Of a stretch of 64,000 nt of DNA, positions 28,586 through 38,426 are shown in pieces. The stretch's first letter is position 1. Each line of letters begins with the position of its first letter. The stretch is taken from the NCBI GenBank assembly GCA_964415355.1, contig CAYPYS010000006.1, positions 752 through 64,751 of the forward strand, read 5' to 3'. Position numbers and translations under genes: made by a program. The notes below the pieces were generated by a model. It was not told where the DNA came from, searched no databases, and saw nothing but the letters and a program-made list of their open reading frames with translations. The DNA comes from an uncultured Planctomycetia bacterium (GTDB taxonomy: Bacteria > Omnitrophota > Gorgyraeia > Gorgyraeales > Gorgyraeaceae).

Positions 28586-29756
28586 TTTTGAAAATAGAGA
28601 AATAGAGGTATCGGTTGTCATGCCTTGTCTCAATGAAGAAGACACTATTGGGATATGTATCGAGAAGACTAAAAAGGCATTTATCGAGCACAGTATAAAG
28701 GGCGAGATAATTGTTTCTGATAATGGCTCTAGCGATAGGTCTGTAGAGATATCCACGAGATCGGGTGCTAGGGTCGTACACCAGCCATTAAGAGGTTATG
28801 GAAATGCATATATAAAAGGGATAGAGAGCGCAAGAGGAAAATATATAATCATGGGTGATGCGGATAATACCTATGATTTTTCAGAGATCCATAAATTTAT
28901 AGAGCCCTTGAGAAAAGGTGCTGATATGGTTATGGGGTCGCGGTTGAAGGGGAAGATATATAAGGGAGCGATGCCTTTTTTGCATCGATATATAGGCAAT
29001 CCTATACTTTCGGGTATCCTTAATCTATTATTTAAGGCAAAGGTTTCTGATTCGCATTGCGGCATGAGGTCTTTTAAAAAAGAAGTATTTAATAAATTGC
29101 GATTAAAGACACCAGGGATGGAATTTGCATCCGAGATGGTAATAAAGGCTGCAAAGGCAAGGATAAAGATAGTGGATATCCCTATATCATATTATCCCAG
29201 AGAAGGCGAATCAAAGCTTAGGACATTCAAAGATGGTTGGCGTCATTTGAAATTTATGCTTTTATTAAGCCCAAAGTATTTATTCTTATTGCCTGGCTCA
29301 TTGATGTTTGCCTTTGGTTTTATTTCTCTTGTCATGCTCGTAAAAGGCCCGATTATAATACGGGGGCATAACTTTGATCTGCACATGATGATCCTTTCAA
29401 GTCTCCTTACTATATCAGGACTTCAGATGCTGTCGCTCGGTTTGTTCACCCAGATATATGCCCACGATCTATTCGATACCAAGAACAGATTTGTTGCGGT
29501 TTTGATAGAATATTTTTCCTTAGAAAGAGGTTTGTATACGGGTTTTTTCCTTCTGGTTATAGGGTTTATGTTCTGCCTGAAGGTTTATTATAATTATTTA
29601 AACGGTATAATAGGGAATTCTATTTATTACAATGCCAGGCTCGCAGTTTTTGGTACTACATTTATGATATCTGGTATTCAGATATTATCGTCATCGTTTT
29701 ATATAAGTTTTTTAGGCACAAGGAAAGAGCATGAAGATTTTAATAATATGCCATGA
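28569..29756 (+). CDS. GT2 polyprenyl-phosphate glycosyltransferase with C-terminal TM helices (GtrB/ArnC-like)
   Basis: VSVVMPCLNEEDTI...VSDNGSSD...GDADNTYD; 4 C-terminal TM segments; ATG 28569 with aggagga RBS. Confidence 0.7.
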   Translation: MKRNPDFENREIEVSVVMPCLNEEDTIGICIEKTKKAFIEHSIKGEIIVSDNGSSDRSVEISTRSGARVVHQPLRGYGNAYIKGIESARGKYIIMGDADNTYDFSEIHKFIEPLRKGADMVMGSRLKGKIYKGAMPFLHRYIGNPILSGILNLLFKAKVSDSHCGMRSFKKEVFNKLRLKTPGMEFASEMVIKAAKARIKIVDIPISYYPREGESKLRTFKDGWRHLKFMLLLSPKYLFLLPGSLMFAFGFISLVMLVKGPIIIRGHNFDLHMMILSSLLTISGLQMLSLGLFTQIYAHDLFDTKNRFVAVLIEYFSLERGLYTGFFLLVIGFMFCLKVYYNYLNGIIGNSIYYNARLAVFGTTFMISGIQILSSSFYISFLGTRKEHEDFNNMP

Positions 29757-30867
29757 GTTCCCTCCGGTAGGAGGAGGTGCAGCCAATGCTACGTTTTATT
29801 TGGCAAAGCACATGGCTGCCAGTCAGCATCAAGTAACAGTGCTTACGTCCAAGTTTAAAAAGGCACGTTATAAAGCACCTGGCTTTGATGTTGTGCGCCT
29901 TCCTGTTCTAAGGAGATATATAGATAGGGCAGCTCCTATAGAATTACTATCTTTTGCTTTATCAGGAATTTTCTATGCCTTGTTTAATATAAGAAAACAG
30001 AAATACGACACATGTCTAGCTATGCATGGTATTCCCAGTGGATGGGTCGCGCTGTTTATTTATAAGATATTCAAGATTCCCTATGTGGTTTCGTTGCGCG
30101 GAGCAGACGTCCCTGGTTTTTTACCTCAAGAGTACGACAGGTTGCATAAAAAAGTAAAAATATTGACTCGAGCGTATTGGAAAAATGCGAAGTCTATTAT
30201 TACCAATAGTCAAGGTTTAAAGGCACTGGCAGAGGTTATCGCCTGCAAGCTAGGAAAGGAAGTAAAGATTATACCAAATGGAGTTGATTGTCAGAAGTTT
30301 AATCCTGATTACTCACTAAGAGATACTAAAAATATAAGATTGCTTTATACCGGCAGGATTACCTTGCAGAAGGGACTAGGACCTTTTATAGAGGCCCTAA
30401 AGCAAGTAGTGGGTAGTATAAAAAATAATTTTAATATGAAGATCATAGGCAATGGTTATTTGAAAAATCATCTTAAGGAGATATCGTCCGAGCTTAGCAG
30501 TAGAGGGACAATAACGTTTTGTGATTGGATGGATAAGCAAAAATTAAGAGAAGAATATAAAAAGGCCCATATATTTGTTCTCCCTTCGCTTTATGAGGGC
30601 ATGTCAAATTCGCTTCTTGAGGCTATGTCTTGCGGATGCATGGCTATAGTAAGTGATATACCGGGTTCGAGGGAGTTAGTCAAAGGATGCAAAAATGGTT
30701 TTGTTTTTAATGTAGGCGATTCATCTAGCCTAAAGGATATATTGATAACGGCGTTAAGCAGAGATGTCGCTGCTATAGAAGAGATGGGCAGACAAAGCAG
30801 GGCAATAGCTCAGGGGTTTGACTGGAATAAGGTATCGGATTTATATATAAAAGAGTTCTATGCGTAA
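29731..30867 (+). CDS. glycosyltransferase GT4
   Basis: MKILIICHEFPPVGGGAANATF; PSLYEGMSNSLLEAMSCGC. Confidence 0.7.
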   Translation: MKILIICHEFPPVGGGAANATFYLAKHMAASQHQVTVLTSKFKKARYKAPGFDVVRLPVLRRYIDRAAPIELLSFALSGIFYALFNIRKQKYDTCLAMHGIPSGWVALFIYKIFKIPYVVSLRGADVPGFLPQEYDRLHKKVKILTRAYWKNAKSIITNSQGLKALAEVIACKLGKEVKIIPNGVDCQKFNPDYSLRDTKNIRLLYTGRITLQKGLGPFIEALKQVVGSIKNNFNMKIIGNGYLKNHLKEISSELSSRGTITFCDWMDKQKLREEYKKAHIFVLPSLYEGMSNSLLEAMSCGCMAIVSDIPGSRELVKGCKNGFVFNVGDSSSLKDILITALSRDVAAIEEMGRQSRAIAQGFDWNKVSDLYIKEFYA

Positions 30868-32203
30868 AGAATACCTGATAATTTTTATAGTAGCATTTTT
30901 AATAGCCAGTGTTTTTATATGTCTTGATACAGAAGGCAGAAAGATACAGGCGGATTCTGCTATTTACTATGGCATAGCGAGTAATATTGTAAATGGCCAT
31001 GGTTTTTCTGGCAGCACAGCCCCACCGTATTTACCTACGATGTCCCGCGAACCCGTATATCCTTTATTTTTGAGCAGCGTTTTTTATCTATTTGGAAGAA
31101 ATATCGCAGTAGTTCAATTCATGCAGGCCTTTATATATGCCTTGACCTGCGTACTTATACTTAAAATAGCTTCTATATTATCGATTAAAAACAGGATGAG
31201 GTTCAAACTCTCACTCGCAATAGCCCTTTTACCTGTTATACCGAGTTACGTACCATATTTATTGACAGAGATCTTGTTTACGTTTCTATTGGCGCTGTGT
31301 ATTTTTTGTCTGATAAATAGCATGAGGCAGGGTAAGTTGATATGGTATTTTTTTTCAGGTATCATGCTGGGTATTGCTGTATTATGTAAGGCTGTATTGA
31401 TTTTTTTATTCGCCTTTATATTGATCTCGATATTCGTGCATTTTTATAGAAGAGACAAAAAGATAATTAGCGCTAGGTTGGCGAAGGCCTGTATATTATT
31501 GTTATTTGGATGCGGTCTTGTAGTGACGCCATGGGTTATAAGGAACAAGTTATTGTTGGACAAGCCAGCCATTACATTAAGAGGTCATGACAGTGTCTAT
31601 ATAAGGGCTGCAAAAGTGGATTTAAATAAACATGAATTCAGGATGTATAGCGTCTATTGTCTTTCAGAATATATGGCCAGGAGACTGTATCCGGGTTATA
31701 ATCTTAGGTCTATAGCCGGAGGTTATTTTTATAGACCCTTGCTTCAAAAGATAGAAGAATATTCGGATAAAGGGCTTTCGTCGGAAGAGGTAGACAGCAT
31801 GCTTAAGAAAGAGGCCTTGGATTTAATCCGGAACCGGCCCGTGAAATTTATAGGTATGGGTTTTTTTGAACTAGTAAAATTGAATTCTTTTTTTCAGGTT
31901 TTGTTATTAAATCAAGAAAATATAAAGGTCCTTGTGCCTGACAGATATATTTTGCCTCTAGCAAGGGGATTTTTCAAATTTCTTGGATTTTTTATTGTTA
32001 TCATAGCTTTTATAGGCATGTTTTCTGCGTCTAGGCATGCGCCTGAATGGATGGTTTTGTTTTCTGTGGTCATGTATTTTAATATGGTACATTTTTTTCT
32101 AGATGCTACGGGTAGATACGCTGTGCCTATATTACCGTATTATTTGTTATTTTTTGCGTTGCAGGTAGATAAATGTACAAAAGGTCACTCTCGTGATATT
32201 TAA
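30860..32203 (+). CDS. GT-C-fold membrane glycosyltransferase (ArnT/PMT_2-like)
   Basis: polytopic; periplasmic loop DSAIYYGIA after first TM. Confidence 0.45.
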   Translation: MRKEYLIIFIVAFLIASVFICLDTEGRKIQADSAIYYGIASNIVNGHGFSGSTAPPYLPTMSREPVYPLFLSSVFYLFGRNIAVVQFMQAFIYALTCVLILKIASILSIKNRMRFKLSLAIALLPVIPSYVPYLLTEILFTFLLALCIFCLINSMRQGKLIWYFFSGIMLGIAVLCKAVLIFLFAFILISIFVHFYRRDKKIISARLAKACILLLFGCGLVVTPWVIRNKLLLDKPAITLRGHDSVYIRAAKVDLNKHEFRMYSVYCLSEYMARRLYPGYNLRSIAGGYFYRPLLQKIEEYSDKGLSSEEVDSMLKKEALDLIRNRPVKFIGMGFFELVKLNSFFQVLLLNQENIKVLVPDRYILPLARGFFKFLGFFIVIIAFIGMFSASRHAPEWMVLFSVVMYFNMVHFFLDATGRYAVPILPYYLLFFALQVDKCTKGHSRDI

Positions 32204-33542
32204 ATCAGAGATATTAAACAGATATAAGCCGTGGTTATCAATATCAATCGCAGTAGCGCTTGCAGTGTGTTTCCTGCCTTCCGAAGGCATCTTGTTTCCT
32301 TTTTTTGTTTTCTGCATGGGGCTGTTTATAGGCATATTTTTTATTAGGTTATTGCCGGAGGCCGACAGAGACTTTTTAGTTACATTGTTTCTGGCGGCAT
32401 TTTTACTGAGGATTGTAGCGGCTTTATTTTTTTATAATGCTATTTTCTTGCGTAATGGCACAGGTATGGTCGGGGATGCATGGCCATATAGTCAAAGCGG
32501 CTATGAGATTCTTAAAATGTGGATGATGGGGATCAGAGACCATAAAGTCATTTACGAAAATATGATGAAGGTAACTGCGAGCGGGACTCTGAGTAGTTAT
32601 GATTATTGGAATGCGGTTGTTTATTTTTTTACAGGCAAAAGCCCTCTTTCGGTGATATTTATTAATTGCCTGGCAGGTTCTTTGGCCGTTGTTTTTATAT
32701 ATTTTATCACAAAACAGATCAAGGATATAAGAGCAGCCAAGATAGCGGCTTTATTGACAGCCTTTTGGCCTTCGACATTTATGTGGTCTATACAAAATTT
32801 TAAAGAGCCCATAAGCATATTTTTGATAGTAGCTCTTGCATGGGCTATTTTAAGCCTAAGGGTACGTTTTAGATTTTATCTTATATTTCTAGTATTTATT
32901 TTAAGTGTAGCCCTTAAGGAGATGAGACTCGTCTCTTTTACCGTATTCTATATCTTGGTTATACCTGCTTCTTTGTTTTTATTAACATTGAGATCCAAAA
33001 AGCCTGAATTGATATTTCCGTTTCTATTGATTATCCTCGTTGCTTTTTTATCATTCGGAGCGATAAAGCTATACATAGCAAAATATATACCTTTTTTTCC
33101 TGCAAAAGGCAATGTTGAATTTTTAAAATGGGCACAGGCAATGAGGAGCGTCAGGGCTACTGGAGGAACGGCATTTCTTGTAAACTGGGATATATGTAAT
33201 CCTTTAGTCCTTATGCTTTTTATACCAGCTGCTTTATCTATTGCATGGTTGGCGCCTTTCCCCTGGCAATTGGGGAGCGTGCAGCAGATAATGGCTGTTC
33301 CTGAAATGATAATTTATTACATGCTTATTCCGTTTATGTTTTCGGGGTACAGGTTTGTTATGAAAAACAAACCCTTTGAGGGCGGTATAATTACAGTCTA
33401 TGTTTTTATCATGATGGTCATATTGGCTTTTATAGAGGGCAACATAGGTACTTTATTTAGACATAGGGCTATGGTCATGCCTTTTTTATTTATATTGATA
33501 GCAGTAGGATCAGACAGGCATAGGATTAGAATTACGATATAG
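32193..33542 (+). CDS. polytopic integral membrane protein (possible Wzy/ligase-like or GT-C; undetermined)
   Basis: about 12 predicted TM segments by hydrophobicity only. Confidence 0.3.
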   Translation: MIFKSEILNRYKPWLSISIAVALAVCFLPSEGILFPFFVFCMGLFIGIFFIRLLPEADRDFLVTLFLAAFLLRIVAALFFYNAIFLRNGTGMVGDAWPYSQSGYEILKMWMMGIRDHKVIYENMMKVTASGTLSSYDYWNAVVYFFTGKSPLSVIFINCLAGSLAVVFIYFITKQIKDIRAAKIAALLTAFWPSTFMWSIQNFKEPISIFLIVALAWAILSLRVRFRFYLIFLVFILSVALKEMRLVSFTVFYILVIPASLFLLTLRSKKPELIFPFLLIILVAFLSFGAIKLYIAKYIPFFPAKGNVEFLKWAQAMRSVRATGGTAFLVNWDICNPLVLMLFIPAALSIAWLAPFPWQLGSVQQIMAVPEMIIYYMLIPFMFSGYRFVMKNKPFEGGIITVYVFIMMVILAFIEGNIGTLFRHRAMVMPFLFILIAVGSDRHRIRITI

Positions 33543-33556
33543 CGATAGATAGGAAT

Positions 33557-34771
33557 ATGATAAAGAGTTTATTTATTTCTTATAACGGTGCATTGGAACC
33601 ATTAATGCAATCCCAGGCCATTCCTTATTTAAAGGGGCTTTCCGAGAAAGGGGTGGGATCTTTCCTGTTGACTTTTGAAAAGACAAAAGACAAAGAAAGA
33701 ATTCGGAATCTAAAAAGAGAGTTAGAGAGTTATAATATAGAATGGCACGCCTTTAGATATCACAAGAGACCTTCAGTGCCTGCTACTTTATTGGATATAT
33801 TTATAGGTATTGTGGCGGGGTTATGCCTAGTTATTTCTAAAAAGATAGATATCATACACGCGCGCGCCACTGTCCCGGCAGCCATGGCTTATGTGATAGC
33901 GAAGATCACTCGCAAGAAGTTCATTTTTGACGTGAGAGGGCTTATGGCAGAAGAATATGCGGACGGAGGCATATGGAGGCGAGAAAGCTTACGTCATAAG
34001 TGCACGCTATATTTTCAGAAGTTATTTTTGAAAAGCGCTGATGAACTCGTTGTTATTACCGAGAATATAAAAAATTTTTTATACGAGAGCGATTATCTCG
34101 ACAAAAAGAACAAAAAGATCAGCGTTGTATCATGCTGCGTAGATACAGGAAGATTCAGGAAGGCCTCTTCGCGTAATGAGGCCTTGAGGCAGAAATTTGG
34201 ACTTATGGGAAAATTCGTGTTTTTGTATATAGGGTCTGTCGGTACATGGTATATGTTAAGAGAGATGATGGATTTTTTTATTGCTACAAAAAGCGTTATA
34301 TCGAATTCCCATTTTTTAATATTGACTCATGTCGACAAAGACATGGCCAAGAGAGTGCGTGACGAAAAAGGTCTTTCTTCAAAAGACATTACCATTGACG
34401 AGGCAGGATTCAACGATATGCCTGAATATATAAACTTGGCAGATGTTGGCATCTTTTTTATAAAGCCTGTTTTTTCCAAAAGGTCGTCATGTCCCACTAA
34501 GTTTGCGGAATATTTATCATGCGGTTTGCCTCTTGTGATAAATTCCAAGATAGGGGATACTGACAATATAGTAAAAGAACGCAAACTAGGCGTTGTCATA
34601 GATGATTTTGATAAGGATTCTTATTTGTCGGGTTTACGAGAATTATCGGTTCTTATGAAAGAGAAAGAGTTATTGACTAAAAGGTCTCGAATGACAGCAG
34701 AAGAGTTATTTTCTTTAGAAAAGGGCGTTTCTGTGTATTTTGATATTTACAGGAGGTTAGGATGCAATTAA
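33557..34771 (+). CDS. glycosyltransferase, GT4-like
   Basis: GT-B-like; weak motif support. Confidence 0.45.
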   Translation: MIKSLFISYNGALEPLMQSQAIPYLKGLSEKGVGSFLLTFEKTKDKERIRNLKRELESYNIEWHAFRYHKRPSVPATLLDIFIGIVAGLCLVISKKIDIIHARATVPAAMAYVIAKITRKKFIFDVRGLMAEEYADGGIWRRESLRHKCTLYFQKLFLKSADELVVITENIKNFLYESDYLDKKNKKISVVSCCVDTGRFRKASSRNEALRQKFGLMGKFVFLYIGSVGTWYMLREMMDFFIATKSVISNSHFLILTHVDKDMAKRVRDEKGLSSKDITIDEAGFNDMPEYINLADVGIFFIKPVFSKRSSCPTKFAEYLSCGLPLVINSKIGDTDNIVKERKLGVVIDDFDKDSYLSGLRELSVLMKEKELLTKRSRMTAEELFSLEKGVSVYFDIYRRLGCN

Positions 34772-35640
34772 AGGCTTTGATTACTGGTGCAAATGGGATG
34801 TTGGCGGATGCGCTTATACCGCTTTTGAAGAAAAAAAGCTACATAATATATCCAACGGATATTGTCGGTAATGAGAATGTTATAAAAATGGATATAAGAA
34901 ACTCGGAGCAATTAATGGAGTTTGGCGCAAGGAATAAGCCGAATGTTATATTTCATCTCGCCGCTGAGACAGATGTAGACAAGTGTGAATTAAACGAGAA
35001 ACATGCGTATGAGACAAATGCCAAGGGCACAGAGAATGTAGCACTTGTTTGCAAGGCACTTGATATCCCGATGGTTTATATAAGTACAGGGGCTGTATTT
35101 GATGGTAAAAAAGAGGGAGGTTATACAGAGGAGGACGAACCTGGGAGCCCGGTGAATGTATATGGTAGAAGCAAATTAAAAGGAGAAGAGATAGTACGGT
35201 CACTATTGACTAAATATTATATTATAAGGGCTAGTTGGATGATAGGGGGATTTAATAAAGATAAGAAATTTGTCTGGAAGATAGTTCATCTTTTAAAGAG
35301 CAAAAAGGAAATAGAGGTCGTCATTGATAAAGCAGGTAGCCCTACTTTTACAAGCGACCTTGCAAAAGGCATGATTGATATTGTGTCTACCGGTAAGTAT
35401 GGCGTATATCATTGTGTCAATAAAGGTATATGCACGAGATTCGATATTGCCAAAAAAATAGCCGAGTATTTAGATAAAAAAGAGGTCATTCTGAAGCCAG
35501 TTACCTCAGAAAGATTTCCGTTGCCTGCGCCAAGGCCAAAGTCAGAAGCATTGATCAATCATAAGCTTTGCTTAATGGGAATAGACAATGCGAGGCCATG
35601 GGGAGATGCTTTAAGGGAGTATATAGAAGAGATAAAATAA
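34762..35640 (+). CDS. dTDP-4-dehydrorhamnose reductase-like (RmlD family)
   Basis: ITGANGMLA; STGAVFDG...YGRSKLKGE pattern characteristic of RmlD. Confidence 0.65.
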   Translation: MQLKALITGANGMLADALIPLLKKKSYIIYPTDIVGNENVIKMDIRNSEQLMEFGARNKPNVIFHLAAETDVDKCELNEKHAYETNAKGTENVALVCKALDIPMVYISTGAVFDGKKEGGYTEEDEPGSPVNVYGRSKLKGEEIVRSLLTKYYIIRASWMIGGFNKDKKFVWKIVHLLKSKKEIEVVIDKAGSPTFTSDLAKGMIDIVSTGKYGVYHCVNKGICTRFDIAKKIAEYLDKKEVILKPVTSERFPLPAPRPKSEALINHKLCLMGIDNARPWGDALREYIEEIK

Positions 35641-36716
35641 TGAGAATATTGTTTATAGAACCGTATCCAATCGAAGGGCCGAGTAGTCGTTATAGGATAG
35701 AGCAGTACATACCTTATTTTAAGCATAATGGGATAGAATGTGTTGTCAGGCCGTTTGTTTCTTCAAAGTTTTACAGGATTATTTATAAAAAAGGTTTTTA
35801 CTTTCAAAAGATGTTGTTTTTTTTACAGAGTACCCTTAGTAGATTTTTTGATATTTTTAGCGCGCTGAAATCAGATATTATTTTTATACACCTGGAGGCC
35901 TTTCCATTTGGACCTCCATTGTTTGAATGGGTTCTATCAAAGGCGGGCAAAAAGATTATATATGATCTTGATGATGCGATATATATGGGTATTACAAGCT
36001 CTGCCAATAGCTTTTTGAGGTATTTGAAATGTCCGTCAAAGATCAAAAAAATAATTAAAATGGCCGATCATGTCATAACTTGTAACGGATATCTGGCTGA
36101 CTATGCCAAGAAATATAATAAAAATATCACAGTTATACACACTTCCGTAGATACGGAAAAATTTAAACCAATAAATAAGGAGAAGAAAGAGGGCTTAATA
36201 ATAGGATGGATAGGGAGCCATAGTACTGCAAAATATTTGTCGGAATTAAAAGGCATCTTTGTCAGGCTCGTTTCAGGCAGATACCATTTTGTCCTAAAAA
36301 TCATAGGGGCAGGAGACGAATATGATTTTGATGTACCAGGGATAGAAATTATTAAACTCGGCTGGAATCTTAAAGACGAAATAGATCAATTTCAATCTCT
36401 TGATATAGGCGTGTATCCTTTGCCGGATAACGAATGGACTAGGGGCAAGACAGGCTTCAAAACCATTCAATATATGAGCGTAGGGGTTCCCTGCGTAGTG
36501 TCGGCAGTAGGAGCAAATAAGAGCATAGTGGAAGATGGTATAAATGGTTTTATAGCAGCCTCTAAAGAAGAATGGATAAAAAAGATATCGATGCTCATAG
36601 AGGATGTTGATTTACGGAAGCGAATAGGCTCTAATGGCAGGCAAACAGCCGAGGAGAATTTTTCTATAAAGGTAAATGCCCCGAAATATTTGCATGTAAT
36701 AAGAAGCCTGGCGTAG
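35640..36716 (+). CDS. glycosyltransferase GT4
   Basis: MRILFIEPYP...; GW.GS...; ATG overlaps upstream TAA (TAATG). Confidence 0.65.
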   Translation: MRILFIEPYPIEGPSSRYRIEQYIPYFKHNGIECVVRPFVSSKFYRIIYKKGFYFQKMLFFLQSTLSRFFDIFSALKSDIIFIHLEAFPFGPPLFEWVLSKAGKKIIYDLDDAIYMGITSSANSFLRYLKCPSKIKKIIKMADHVITCNGYLADYAKKYNKNITVIHTSVDTEKFKPINKEKKEGLIIGWIGSHSTAKYLSELKGIFVRLVSGRYHFVLKIIGAGDEYDFDVPGIEIIKLGWNLKDEIDQFQSLDIGVYPLPDNEWTRGKTGFKTIQYMSVGVPCVVSAVGANKSIVEDGINGFIAASKEEWIKKISMLIEDVDLRKRIGSNGRQTAEENFSIKVNAPKYLHVIRSLA

Positions 36717-36741
36717 TATTTTGTTGAGAGTAGTTATCGCG

Positions 36742-36782
36742 CTTAAGTTTACATTTCAACAACGTTAAAATGTAAACTTAAG
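36742..36782. repeat. 41-bp palindromic element, copy 9 (AAC orientation)
   Basis: cttaagtttacatttcaacaacgttaaaatgtaaacttaag. Confidence 0.9.
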
Positions 36783-36798
36783 TGAATGAAAGATTATT

Positions 36799-37602
36799 AT
36801 GTTGCCAAAAGTTTCAATTATAACGGTCTGCCTTAACAGTAGTAAATATTTGGAAGATGCAATAAGAAGCGTAACAAGGCAAAGCTACGAAAATATAGAA
36901 TATTTGGTCATAGACGGAGGTTCTACTGATGGGACAGAGGAAACCCTGGATAAATATAAAAGCAGAATAAATAAGATCGTTGCAGAAAAAGATGAGGGTA
37001 TTTTTGATGCAATGAATAAGGGCATTGGTTTTGCTTCAGGGGAGCTTATTTATTTTTTAAATTCAGATGATAAATTATATAGGGCTAATACAGTAGAGAA
37101 TATGGTAAGTTTTTTTATGAAAAATAAAGATGCAGATTTTATATATGGAAACATAGAGGTTTTTGATCCGGTTGATAATTTTTCATATATCGAGAGGTAT
37201 CCATATAAAATTACCAAAAATCTTTTTATAATTAAAACAATTGCACAGCCAGGAACTTTTTTTAAAGCAAGTTGCTTTAAAAAAAGTGGTTATTTTAATA
37301 TTAATTATAGATTTGCGGCTGACCACGACTGGTATTTAAAAGCCATATTTACTAAAGGATTAAAAGGTATCCATGTAGAGGATACCATTTCTGTTTTTAG
37401 GCTAGGGGGCAAAAGTACTCAAGCCAGAAATATGAGTTCATATTTTCGCGAAAGAGATTTGATACAAAAGAAATATTTCAACATCTTGGAATTATTATGT
37501 TCTAGGTTTTTGTTCGGAGTAAAAAAACTGTTAGGAAAGAGAAACAGTAAGTTTTTACATCGGTTAAAGATATGTTGTTTTGGGAGAAATGTTAAATGTT
37601 AG
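36799..37602 (+). CDS. glycosyltransferase GT2
   Basis: VSIITVCLNSSKYLEDAIRSV...YLVIDGGSTDGT. Confidence 0.7.
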   Translation: MLPKVSIITVCLNSSKYLEDAIRSVTRQSYENIEYLVIDGGSTDGTEETLDKYKSRINKIVAEKDEGIFDAMNKGIGFASGELIYFLNSDDKLYRANTVENMVSFFMKNKDADFIYGNIEVFDPVDNFSYIERYPYKITKNLFIIKTIAQPGTFFKASCFKKSGYFNINYRFAADHDWYLKAIFTKGLKGIHVEDTISVFRLGGKSTQARNMSSYFRERDLIQKKYFNILELLCSRFLFGVKKLLGKRNSKFLHRLKICCFGRNVKC

Positions 37603-38426
37603 ATTATAATGATAAAACAAAAAAAGCCTATGGATTTTTATGGAAAACTCATAAAAATGCCTTATTCATAAATACATGGCATTTTAATGAAGTACAGGAA
37701 AGCGTTTCTGAGCCTATAGTAAGGGGTGGCTTTGGTATAGACATTGGTTCCGGATGTGGTTACGATACATATATTATGGCTAAAACCAATCCTTCAGTAA
37801 AGATATATAGCATGGATATAAGTGATGGAGTATACAAGACGAAAGAATTTAGTCAAGGGTTGGAGAATGTATTTGTGATAAAAGGATCTGTTTTGGATCT
37901 TCCAATAAAAAATAATATATTTGATTTTGCATATTCTTTCGGAGTATTGCATCATGTCTCTGATTCTGAGCGTGGCCTCAAGGAAATAACAAGGACTCTT
38001 AAGAAAGGTGCTCCTGTTTTTTTGTATCTTTACGAAGATCATTCAGAAAATCGTATTAAATATTATACATTAAAGCTGGTTACTGTTTTAAGAAAATTTA
38101 CAGTAAAGATACCTCCTAAAATTTTGTATGGTATTTCATATTTGATTTCTCCTATTATGGTAATTTTGTTTTCTTATCCCGCCAGAATTTTTAATAGATT
38201 TAGAATTTTAAAACCATTATCTGAAAAAATGCCTTTTAATTTCGGAACCCATCTTTTTTCTCTGGTGGGTAGTCTGTACGATAGATTTAGCGTCCCCATA
38301 GAAAATCGTTTTAGTAGGCAGGAGGCTTTTGATTTACTTAGTAAGAATAAATTTACCAAAGTCAAAATTAATAGATTAAGAACAAAAGCAGGGTGGGTGG
38401 TTTGGGGGCATAAAGATAAATGCTAA
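37596..38426 (+). CDS. class I SAM-dependent methyltransferase
   Basis: GIDIGSGCGYDTYIM; FGVLHHVSD. Confidence 0.6.
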   Translation: MLDYNDKTKKAYGFLWKTHKNALFINTWHFNEVQESVSEPIVRGGFGIDIGSGCGYDTYIMAKTNPSVKIYSMDISDGVYKTKEFSQGLENVFVIKGSVLDLPIKNNIFDFAYSFGVLHHVSDSERGLKEITRTLKKGAPVFLYLYEDHSENRIKYYTLKLVTVLRKFTVKIPPKILYGISYLISPIMVILFSYPARIFNRFRILKPLSEKMPFNFGTHLFSLVGSLYDRFSVPIENRFSRQEAFDLLSKNKFTKVKINRLRTKAGWVVWGHKDKC

